A stretch of DNA of 33,238 nt from a virus (Duplodnaviria > Caudoviricetes): IMG/VR virus record IMGVR_UViG_3300030376_006155, positions 1-33,238 of that record. One strand, written 5' to 3'. Positions 25,325 to 33,238 of this stretch are shown here, in pieces. The notes below the pieces were generated by a model. That model did no database searches. It was not told the DNA's origin and was given only the letters and a program-made list of their open reading frames with translations. Within the stretch, counting starts at the first letter, position 1; the number at the start of each line of letters is the position of its first letter. Both the position numbers and the translations under genes were made by a program.

Positions 25325-26287
25325 ATGGCAACTGCACCAATTTACTGTACCCATAAAGAATTAAAGCGTGTATTCCCACAGCTTGACGATTTTGATACTA
25401 AAGTTCAAGTGTTTGGGTGGACAACAGTATCCACCAATAAGTATGCCTCCCATAACAGTGGTTTAGTTACACAACTATTTGCAGATGGAGAAGATTTAGG
25501 TGCAGCACAGTCTGCCCATACTGATTTAAATGTTGAGGGTGAATGGTTTTATAACTCAGCAGAAGATGTACTTTATTATTATTCAGCAAGTACACCTGCC
25601 GATAAGTTGATGGAAGCAGGGGAAGAGTTTACTGCTATGGTAACTCAATTCAGAACTGATGCAAGTAGATATTTAGATTCAAAGTTAGACCCAAATTTGC
25701 CTGCTAATCAATTTAAGGATAAGTCAGGTAATTTTGACTACATGATTATTAGGACTACTGCTCTTTTATGTGCTGTTCTTATGATTAGGGCAACTGACCC
25801 AACAAGTGAGATGGCTTCTGCAATGATGGTTGAGGCACAAGAAAATATTGATGCACTTAACAATGGTAAGGCAGGGCTATCTTGGCAGAACACTTCTGAT
25901 TCATCTAAAGGTGTTATTAGAGATGTAGGGACAGTTAGTGGAACAGTTAGACCTGTAGATACTCGTGGGCATTATAGTGGTACATACGATTTAATTAAGA
26001 TTAAGATAGACACAACAGGTGGTGCTATTGGGACTGCCACATACTCTGTATGGACAAAGGATGGTGATAAACTTGGTATGAACGAAGGGAATCAAGTTGT
26101 TACTACTGAAATTATAAATGGTGATTATCAGGCATTAGCAGGAGGCTTACAGGTAAGATTTGCAGGTACAGATTTTGATTCTACAGCAGAAACTAATGAT
26201 ACTTGGGAAGTGGAAGTTCAAGGCTATACAGAAGAGGTAGATTCTAATTCATTAAAACCTATTAGAATGACTCGCAGGTATCAATAG
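25325..26287 (+). CDS. Putative head-tail adaptor with extra domains
   Basis: YCT..EL N-terminus and ASRYLDSKL motif; position before the tail genes. Confidence 0.5.
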   Translation: MATAPIYCTHKELKRVFPQLDDFDTKVQVFGWTTVSTNKYASHNSGLVTQLFADGEDLGAAQSAHTDLNVEGEWFYNSAEDVLYYYSASTPADKLMEAGEEFTAMVTQFRTDASRYLDSKLDPNLPANQFKDKSGNFDYMIIRTTALLCAVLMIRATDPTSEMASAMMVEAQENIDALNNGKAGLSWQNTSDSSKGVIRDVGTVSGTVRPVDTRGHYSGTYDLIKIKIDTTGGAIGTATYSVWTKDGDKLGMNEGNQVVTTEIINGDYQALAGGLQVRFAGTDFDSTAETNDTWEVEVQGYTEEVDSNSLKPIRMTRRYQ

Positions 26288-26737
26288 ATGCCTACTTTAT
26301 CATCAGGTGGAACATTTGAGAATAATTGGAAGAATATACTTGATAAACTAAGGAGTGTTCTTCGTAATGAGTATGGCAATACTTTACCTGTTTATATAGG
26401 TGATGAAGATTCATCAACAAGCAGTCAATATATTCGCCTTGACCCACAAAGTAGTGAGCTAGTTGAGCAGAACGTAGGTTATGAAACAAGAGAATTTACT
26501 ATAAATGTTTTTTATGTTTTTTCAGGGGTCAATATGAAGAAAACTGCCCTTGACCATATTTTAAGATTTGTATCAAGGACAGAAGCGTTAATACATGATA
26601 ATAGTTCAATGGATTTAGCTTCAGGGACTGCACACGATTGCAGATTCCAATCTACTGAACTTGGTACAGACGAAGAAGAGAATGTTTATATAGTTAGTTG
26701 GGTATGGCAATGCTCACTAATGGGAAACCAAAGTTAG
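26288..26737 (+). CDS. Putative tail terminator/completion protein
   Basis: Size and position before the tail tube gene. Confidence 0.5.
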   Translation: MPTLSSGGTFENNWKNILDKLRSVLRNEYGNTLPVYIGDEDSSTSSQYIRLDPQSSELVEQNVGYETREFTINVFYVFSGVNMKKTALDHILRFVSRTEALIHDNSSMDLASGTAHDCRFQSTELGTDEEENVYIVSWVWQCSLMGNQS

Positions 26738-26744
26738 GAGAGCT

Positions 26745-26927
26745 ATGAAATACAAATTAAAGAAAATAAAGTCTATTTCTGCTATTAATGATTGGCATGG
26801 TCTTGGTGAAGATAATGCAAAGAAATTAGTTGCAGGGGAAGAAGTAGAATTAGAAAGTCCTCCACAATCATTTTTAGATGGTGGATACTTAGTACAAGCT
26901 AAATCAAAAAAGAAAGAGAGTAAATAA
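26745..26927 (+). CDS. Small hypothetical protein
   Basis: AGGAG RBS. Confidence 0.65.
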   Translation: MKYKLKKIKSISAINDWHGLGEDNAKKLVAGEEVELESPPQSFLDGGYLVQAKSKKKESK

Positions 26928-27919
26928 TGGCTGCATTAGATAATACAGTTTACTCAGGCAAGCAATATGAAGCGTATATATCCTTACAATCAGATGCTTT
27001 AGGCACAAATGATGTGTCAGGAACTTTATATAAAATGAGAATGCCTGAAGTAAATGACATAGAGTTTTCAGAAGGATTCCAAACTGCTGATATAGAGAGA
27101 ACAGGGCAAAGAGTTTTAAGACCTACAGACCATATCAAAATATATAAAGGTGGAGTTTTTACTTGGTCTTTTGATAATTTAGTTATAGAGAATGAAGCAT
27201 TGCTTCAAACCTTATTGCAATTAGCAACAGAGGATGCTTCTCCTGCTGTTACTGCTGTAATAACAGGGAATCAGGCAACTGTAGCCTATGAGCAAGGGGC
27301 TACAACAGGCGAGTATGCTTGTATTGTTTTATCTTCTCCTGATGCTGACAAAGACAGATTAATGCATAGTGCTGTACTTCAAGAGCTAACGCTAAGTATG
27401 AGTCCTGAAAATAATGGTGGCAGACTAACTGCAAGTGGTACATTTTTTAGTGGCTATCAGCCTGTTATTGGGGCTGAAGGAACATCTCCTGATGCTACTG
27501 CTGTAAACTTTTCTAAAGGCTTTTTTGATTGCACTACTTCTCAATTAGGTGGAGATGATGTTGTAATGAATAGCTTTGAACTTACAATCTCTAATCCTGC
27601 AACAAGAGTTGGATATGAAACAGTAAATAGTATTGCAGGTGAGCCTTGTGCTTATAATAGAGGTGGTCAAATCTCAGTTACAGGTAGTGTTAGTGTAAAA
27701 TTAGACGACAATACAGCTCAAATCATTACTGAAGACTTCCTTGTTGGAACTTCTGCTAATGTTAGTATAGGTGATGGTTCTTCAATAGACTTTGACATTC
27801 CAACAGCCAAGTACACAGGGCATACACAGGCAGATACAGATAATGGTGTATTTGTTGAGTTGCCATTTGCTGCAACAGCAGATGGTTCAGATGCATTGGT
27901 TACAATTATTGCAACTTAA
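26927..27919 (+). CDS. Major tail tube protein
   Basis: 330 aa, acidic and beta-rich, SFELTISN...VTGSV...LPF.A; upstream of chaperone and TMP. Confidence 0.75.
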   Translation: MAALDNTVYSGKQYEAYISLQSDALGTNDVSGTLYKMRMPEVNDIEFSEGFQTADIERTGQRVLRPTDHIKIYKGGVFTWSFDNLVIENEALLQTLLQLATEDASPAVTAVITGNQATVAYEQGATTGEYACIVLSSPDADKDRLMHSAVLQELTLSMSPENNGGRLTASGTFFSGYQPVIGAEGTSPDATAVNFSKGFFDCTTSQLGGDDVVMNSFELTISNPATRVGYETVNSIAGEPCAYNRGGQISVTGSVSVKLDDNTAQIITEDFLVGTSANVSIGDGSSIDFDIPTAKYTGHTQADTDNGVFVELPFAATADGSDALVTIIAT

Positions 27920-27930
27920 TAAGAGGTAAA

Positions 27931-28218
27931 ATGAAGTTAAAACTTGACTCAGGCAGAGAAGTTAAACTTAAAGATGTATCCTTAGATGATAGGGATGAAA
28001 TGTTAGATAAGGTGGAGTACCAATTTGATTCTAAAGGTAATCCACAAGGTGTAAAAATGATGCACTCAACCATCACATTTTGGTTGCGTAGAGGCTTAGA
28101 TGGTGATTCTTCTGATGATTTTATCAGAGGACTAACCTTTGAAGAGAGAACTGAGATATTCCTCAAGATGCAAGAAGGATTGCTCTTGGGGGAAGAGAAG
28201 CCCTCCAAATTGAAATAA
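27931..28218 (+). CDS. Tail assembly chaperone (gpG-like)
   Basis: Between tail tube and TMP; slippery GGGGGAA at 28188-28194. Confidence 0.75.
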   Translation: MKLKLDSGREVKLKDVSLDDRDEMLDKVEYQFDSKGNPQGVKMMHSTITFWLRRGLDGDSSDDFIRGLTFEERTEIFLKMQEGLLLGEEKPSKLK

Positions 28219-28646
28219 ATGTAATTGCTGATGGTTGTGGAGGGTGTCAGTATCACGACTACCCATATAAGGCTCAAGTTCCTGTTTTAATTGACGGAAA
28301 ACGCCCCATAAGGGAGTTTACCTGCAACGAGGATGTTTGGGATGTAATTGACCTTCTTATAGAGGAAACTAAGCAAATGAATAATAAGGGCAATGAGTTT
28401 GATGTAGCTAAGTCAGTCAATTCTCAGTTGCCCTTTTTTGCTTGTAGAAACAAAGTTTTGAAGAATGAACATCAGAAAGATATACAAAGATATATTTACT
28501 GCAAGGAATTTGGAGTTCCTGCATATAGTGGAGCATATGGTGACCAACCTTCCAAGTGGGTTGAGAAATCTTTTGTAATTAAAAATGCTCTTGCGAAGAA
28601 AGAAAAGGATATGATAGATGGCAGCAAACGAACAGATAACGATTAA
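28188..28646 (+). CDS. Tail assembly chaperone extension (gpT-like, -1 frameshift)
   Basis: The -1 frame is open from 28155 to 28646 and includes ORF 28377-28646. Confidence 0.7.
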   Translation, partial: GGREALQIEINVIADGCGGCQYHDYPYKAQVPVLIDGKRPIREFTCNEDVWDVIDLLIEETKQMNNKGNEFDVAKSVNSQLPFFACRNKVLKNEHQKDIQRYIYCKEFGVPAYSGAYGDQPSKWVEKSFVIKNALAKKEKDMIDGSKRTDND

Positions 28647-30615
28647 GTTCGTCCCTGAGGGGGATAAAAGGTTACTTAAGGCTTTTCAGGGACTTGCAGA
28701 AGGTCAAAAGAAATTTAATGCAACAACTAAGTCAGGACAAAAAAGTTTAAAGCGTTATGGGGACACTCAACAAAGAGTAACTAAAAGAACAGGATTAATG
28801 GGTAATGCTTTTTCTGTTATTCGTTCTAAAATGCTCTTGTTTAATTTTGCTATCGGAGTATTAGGGGTAAGGGCAATAGCAGATTTTGCAAAACAGGCTG
28901 CTAAAGTAGAATCTATGGGAAGGGCATTTGATACCCTATCAGGAGGCGTTAATAAGGGGTCTGCAGCTCTTGGCAAATTGAGAAGAGCTACTAATGGAAC
29001 TATGGATGATTTTAATCTATTCCAACAGGCTAATAATGCTATGATTCTTGGGGTGACTAAAAATTCATCTGAAATGGCTGAGATGTTTGATATAGCTCAA
29101 AGACTTGGTCGTGCCTTAGGCAAGGATACTGCACATTCAGTTGAATCACTTATTACAGGTATTGGTAGGCAATCTCGCCTTATGCTTGATAATATTGGTA
29201 TTATTGTTAAAGCCGATGAAGCGTATGAAAAGTATGCAAAGAGATTAGGAACAACATCTGAAAAATTAACAGATGCACAGAAAAAACAAGCATTCCTTGA
29301 AGCTACAATGGAATCTGCAAGGGCTAAAGTTGCATCGCTTGGGAGAGAAAATCTTTCAAGTGTAGATTCTTTTGACAGGTTTATTGCTGCTTCTAAAAAT
29401 ACAGCCATAGCACTTGGCGATGTCTTGCTCCCCCAAATCACTTCTGTATTGGATGGTATTGTTGATTTATCAGATGAATTAAGGGGAGTTTTTAGATTAG
29501 CAAGAGATGGCAGGGATGATTTTAATTTATTCAACACGGAGATTGAAACATTTTCAGCAGGCATAGATGGTCTTAGCGTTGAAGAGCTTGAGAAACAGTT
29601 AAAAGATTTTCAAAGCCAATTAAAAGGTTTGCCTGAAAGCACAAAAGAGGCTGTAAAAGGTGTTACAGAAGTTGGGGATTTAGATTTATCAACAATGTCA
29701 ATTATTACGCCTGAAATAGACGATACAAATATAATTACATTAGGAGAATACAGTAAGTCATCAGCCGAATTGGGGGCAAATTTAGTAGAGGTTTCTCAAG
29801 GGCTTTTTGCCCTTCAAGACCCTTTTGCTATAATTGCAGAGCAAGCTGAAGGGACTACTCAAGCGTTTGATGCGATGATTTCAATAGACAATGATGTCTT
29901 AATTGAGAAGATTAGACTTTTAAAAGAAGAAATTGATAAACTAAAAGATTCAGGCGATGGGACTAAGGAAACATTCTCCCAAATTATGGAAAAAGGAATT
30001 GAGATGGGACAAGTCGTTGCTGCTCAATTCTCTGCAATGAATGCTGCTCAAACTGCAAAATTAGATGCAGAAGTAGCTGCTCTTAAAGCAAGCGATAAGT
30101 TTAAAAACGCAAGTTCTAAAAAACAACAACAGATGGAAGACGATTTAAGGAAAACTCAGTCTAGGGAAAGGACAAAACTCGCAGAGAGAGAAAAGTTAGG
30201 TAAGATAGCAAATGCGACCATGAGTACATATACTGCTGCTGCTAAGGCTTACGAAGCAGGTCCGATTCTCGGACCAATTCTCGCAGCAATAATCACAGGA
30301 ATGGGATTTGCTCAGGTTGCAGCAATAAAAAGTACACCAATTCCTAAATTTGCTACAGGTGGTATGGTTGGTGGTCGTAGACATTCACAAGGGGGGACTA
30401 TGATAGAAGCAGAGCAAGGTGAATTTGTAATGTCAAGAAATGCTGTAAATGCTGTAGGCATAGAGGCAATGAATAGAATTAATGCAGGCGGTGGTGCAGG
30501 CTCAGTAGTAGTAAATGTATCAGGGAATGTTATGAGCCAGGATTATGTTGAAGGTGAACTGGCTGACCAACTTAAAGAAGCAATCAGACGTGGTGCTGAC
30601 ATAGGAGTTTCATGA
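28618..30615 (+). CDS. Tape measure protein
   Basis: 665 aa, Ala-rich and helical; GIGRQS..LDNIGI and KFATGG...GEFVM motifs. Confidence 0.9.
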   Translation: MAANEQITIKFVPEGDKRLLKAFQGLAEGQKKFNATTKSGQKSLKRYGDTQQRVTKRTGLMGNAFSVIRSKMLLFNFAIGVLGVRAIADFAKQAAKVESMGRAFDTLSGGVNKGSAALGKLRRATNGTMDDFNLFQQANNAMILGVTKNSSEMAEMFDIAQRLGRALGKDTAHSVESLITGIGRQSRLMLDNIGIIVKADEAYEKYAKRLGTTSEKLTDAQKKQAFLEATMESARAKVASLGRENLSSVDSFDRFIAASKNTAIALGDVLLPQITSVLDGIVDLSDELRGVFRLARDGRDDFNLFNTEIETFSAGIDGLSVEELEKQLKDFQSQLKGLPESTKEAVKGVTEVGDLDLSTMSIITPEIDDTNIITLGEYSKSSAELGANLVEVSQGLFALQDPFAIIAEQAEGTTQAFDAMISIDNDVLIEKIRLLKEEIDKLKDSGDGTKETFSQIMEKGIEMGQVVAAQFSAMNAAQTAKLDAEVAALKASDKFKNASSKKQQQMEDDLRKTQSRERTKLAEREKLGKIANATMSTYTAAAKAYEAGPILGPILAAIITGMGFAQVAAIKSTPIPKFATGGMVGGRRHSQGGTMIEAEQGEFVMSRNAVNAVGIEAMNRINAGGGAGSVVVNVSGNVMSQDYVEGELADQLKEAIRRGADIGVS

Positions 30616-33238
30616 GCTTTATAGATGATATACAGGGAAAGAATACACAGCTATATCCAATAGTAGAGATAGATGGTCAATTTTACTCTACTAACAATGT
30701 GACTATTGGTGATAATTATTGTAAGCCAATCCTTATGAACATTCCTTCTATCAAAGAATCAATAGACATTGAATCAAGGAAGTTTAAGATTTCCAATGTA
30801 TCCCTTGAGTTTAATAACTTTCCTTTTGATGGGGTTAGATTCTCTGACCAATTAACTGAATCATCCTTAATTAATACTGAAACCACTATATATTTTAAAA
30901 GCCAATCCACTAATGCTGTTGAAGATATGCACGAGGTATATAAGGGTATTATTAGACGTATATCCCACGATGATGAGAAGGTCAAGGTGGAGCTTGAAGA
31001 TTTAACAGAGCAAAAAGCACATAAGGATTTACCAAGCCAAGAATTTTTGGGGGATGATTCTGTTCTTGATAAATATAAAAACAAGCCCATCCCAATGGTT
31101 TATGGTCACGTTGAAGCAAGCCCATTATTACTAACAAATACATTAAACCCTGAAGATTATATTGAAGATATTTTAGGCGATACTATAGAGAAATATGTAG
31201 ATATAATTTGTGACTATAGAGCAATAGGTGGTTTTGTAACAGTAAACCCTAAATATCAACATAATTTAGAAGTAGGCTCTTTATATATATATGATAACGC
31301 TTCGCAAACTTATCTTAATGCTTGCCTTGAGTCTAAGACAAATTCTCAGCCTGAAACAACCCAATATATTGAAGACCCTGATAATGCAAAAATAACCTTA
31401 TTTTTAAAAACAAATGGGGGCGAAGGACAAAACTTTCCTGCACAAGGAATGATAGAATGCGAGGATATTAAAAATACAAATTCTATACAAGGAATTTGGA
31501 CTGAAGGAGCAGGACAATATCATCATAAAACAAGGGATGGGGTTAATGCACTAACAAATGATTCATCTTATAGCCAATGGCAAGACATTCTTTCTGCTTC
31601 AGATGAGAATGCCCCTAATTTTCATTTTATGGGTGCATATCATTCAGCAGGCACATCTGTAACTTGGAATCCAAGTGAATATGATAATTTAAGTGATTAT
31701 GGGAGAAAGCTATTTATACTTATAAGGGCAACTTTTAAGAACCATAATATCCTCACATTTGCTATAGACCACCCTTCTTTATCTTTTGATGGGACTTACC
31801 AAAGTGCAGAGTTAAGAATAGGCACTAAGGAAAAAGTATTTACATCAGGGGTTGATGAAGATGGTCTTCCTGTTACACATGAATCAGGAGGCGATAGTTT
31901 AACTTTAACTACAATAGGTACAGGACAAACTTACTACTTAGATACAATTAATTCAAGTATATATAATAATGGCTTAAACTATGAAGGAAACGTCGGAGAG
32001 ATTGGAATATCTTGGGTAATGCCTTCTGGGACATTAGGAACTAATTATGGGTTTATTGAATCTAAAATAGAATACTTAAACGCAATAGAAAGGTTTGTCC
32101 TTAAAGGATTTGCAGGATTTGATTTCTATGCTGATGTAAAAGGTAGAACAAACACATTTGATGACCATCCTGATGAAGGAATCCAAGCTACAGGAGGGTA
32201 TATAGATTACCAAACAATTGATTTAGGGATTGGAGGAACAATTGTAACGAATGTATGGATACCCCCTGTTCATCCATTTATTGAGAATCCTATTGACATT
32301 ATTTATGATTTAGTTAGAAGTGAACTTGGGTATGATGCTATTGATGAAGCTGAATATGCAGAAGCAAAAGCAGAACACGTTGGATGGAAGTTTGGATTTA
32401 CTGTAAATAAAAAAATCAACTCCAAGAAACTTATTGAAGATATAGCTAAATCTACTAAGTGTTTCCCTAAATTTAAGAATGATGGCACTTTTGGCTTTAA
32501 TACAATTAAAGATAGTTATGACGTAGCAAATGATTATGAAGATGCTACTCAAATAAAAGAATCAGAAGTTATATCATATTCATTTAAGAAAACTAAGCCT
32601 GAACAAATCTATAAGAAGGTAACTGTATCTTACAATAAGGATTATGCACAAGATTCATATTTAAAAACAAGTGAGATTGACTTAGGTGCTGATTCATATT
32701 ATGGTATTGAAGATTCAGAAGATGCTCATTTAGAATTTGAATCAGACTATATAAGGCATAATGCTGATGATGGAGCAACTGCTGATAAATTAGCTTCATT
32801 CCTGTCACAGCAATACAGGAGAGACCATTTAATATTTAATCTTAAATTGCCTTTACAGTATATTGACTTAGAGATTGGGGATTTGGTTAAATTTAGAGAA
32901 CTTTTTGGGGGTGTAAAGGCTTATGGGATTGATTATAGAATTTTAAATCCTAAAACAACAGGGAATCTATTTCCTTTATTTATAGTCACTTCTACTACAA
33001 AGAATTTAGATTCAGTAGAAATTGAATGTATGCAACTGCATCATTTATCAGGAGGCGAATCAAATCAATGGAAAGAAGGAATAGAAGGTATGTTTCCTCC
33101 TGATTTTGGGTATGGAGAAACTGATGTTAATGGTACATTCTACTTTCCTGATACTGAGCCTCTTGTTATTCCCGAAGACCTTGCAACTGAAATTGTTATT
33201 ACTCCACCTAATATAATAATAGATGCACCTATTACAAC
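30612..33238 (+). CDS. Large tail-tip/hub (gpJ/Tal-like) protein, N-terminal part with allele B; runs off the window end
   Basis: ATGA overlap with the TMP. Hand translation MSFIDDIQGKNTQLYP..., PIPMVYG, DVKGR, ENPIDIIYDL. About 1219 aa when joined to allele A. Confidence 0.85.
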   Translation, partial: MSFIDDIQGKNTQLYPIVEIDGQFYSTNNVTIGDNYCKPILMNIPSIKESIDIESRKFKISNVSLEFNNFPFDGVRFSDQLTESSLINTETTIYFKSQSTNAVEDMHEVYKGIIRRISHDDEKVKVELEDLTEQKAHKDLPSQEFLGDDSVLDKYKNKPIPMVYGHVEASPLLLTNTLNPEDYIEDILGDTIEKYVDIICDYRAIGGFVTVNPKYQHNLEVGSLYIYDNASQTYLNACLESKTNSQPETTQYIEDPDNAKITLFLKTNGGEGQNFPAQGMIECEDIKNTNSIQGIWTEGAGQYHHKTRDGVNALTNDSSYSQWQDILSASDENAPNFHFMGAYHSAGTSVTWNPSEYDNLSDYGRKLFILIRATFKNHNILTFAIDHPSLSFDGTYQSAELRIGTKEKVFTSGVDEDGLPVTHESGGDSLTLTTIGTGQTYYLDTINSSIYNNGLNYEGNVGEIGISWVMPSGTLGTNYGFIESKIEYLNAIERFVLKGFAGFDFYADVKGRTNTFDDHPDEGIQATGGYIDYQTIDLGIGGTIVTNVWIPPVHPFIENPIDIIYDLVRSELGYDAIDEAEYAEAKAEHVGWKFGFTVNKKINSKKLIEDIAKSTKCFPKFKNDGTFGFNTIKDSYDVANDYEDATQIKESEVISYSFKKTKPEQIYKKVTVSYNKDYAQDSYLKTSEIDLGADSYYGIEDSEDAHLEFESDYIRHNADDGATADKLASFLSQQYRRDHLIFNLKLPLQYIDLEIGDLVKFRELFGGVKAYGIDYRILNPKTTGNLFPLFIVTSTTKNLDSVEIECMQLHHLSGGESNQWKEGIEGMFPPDFGYGETDVNGTFYFPDTEPLVIPEDLATEIVITPPNIIIDAPIT
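32593..33238 (+). repeat. Terminal overlap, copy B
   Basis: See 1-727; 81 bp shorter and in frame. Confidence 0.95.

Noticed and set aside
32593-33238. Diversity-generating retroelement TR/VR pair with 1-727
   Set aside because: Differences include indels and synonymous non-adenine changes, and no reverse transcriptase is present.

Overview
The window is an apparently complete, circularly permuted genome (about 32.6 kb unit length) of an AT-rich tailed dsDNA siphovirus-like phage, probably marine. It has three parts. (1) A leftward early/recombination operon (about 3.8-10.6 kb): SSB, ssDNA-annealing protein, DnaT-like protein, Hjc-like resolvase, HNH-like protein, XRE HTH and a solitary TaqI-like restriction endonuclease. 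(2) A control/origin island (about 10.7-13.7 kb): a promoter-driven structured RNA, 13-bp AT-rich repeats, a Gp88-like gene and a polarised GCGGT cluster. (3) Morphogenesis genes: TerS, an inverted TerL-portal block, scaffold, MCP, lysis cassette, head-tail genes, tail tube, a -1 frameshifted tail chaperone, tape measure and a ~1200-aa tail-tip protein. I found no integrase, DNA polymerase, primase, helicase or methyltransferase. The contig ends overlap and carry two alleles of a hypervariable part of the tail-tip gene. Highlights: a tail-tip protein ending in a dockerin, followed by a cohesin-like gene; a structured ncRNA beside a putative origin; an orphan TaqI-like nuclease in a genome where I found no TCGA; a Chi-like motif cluster; and a symmetric divergent late promoter motif. 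All family assignments come from motif recognition by eye, and all motif counts are manual.
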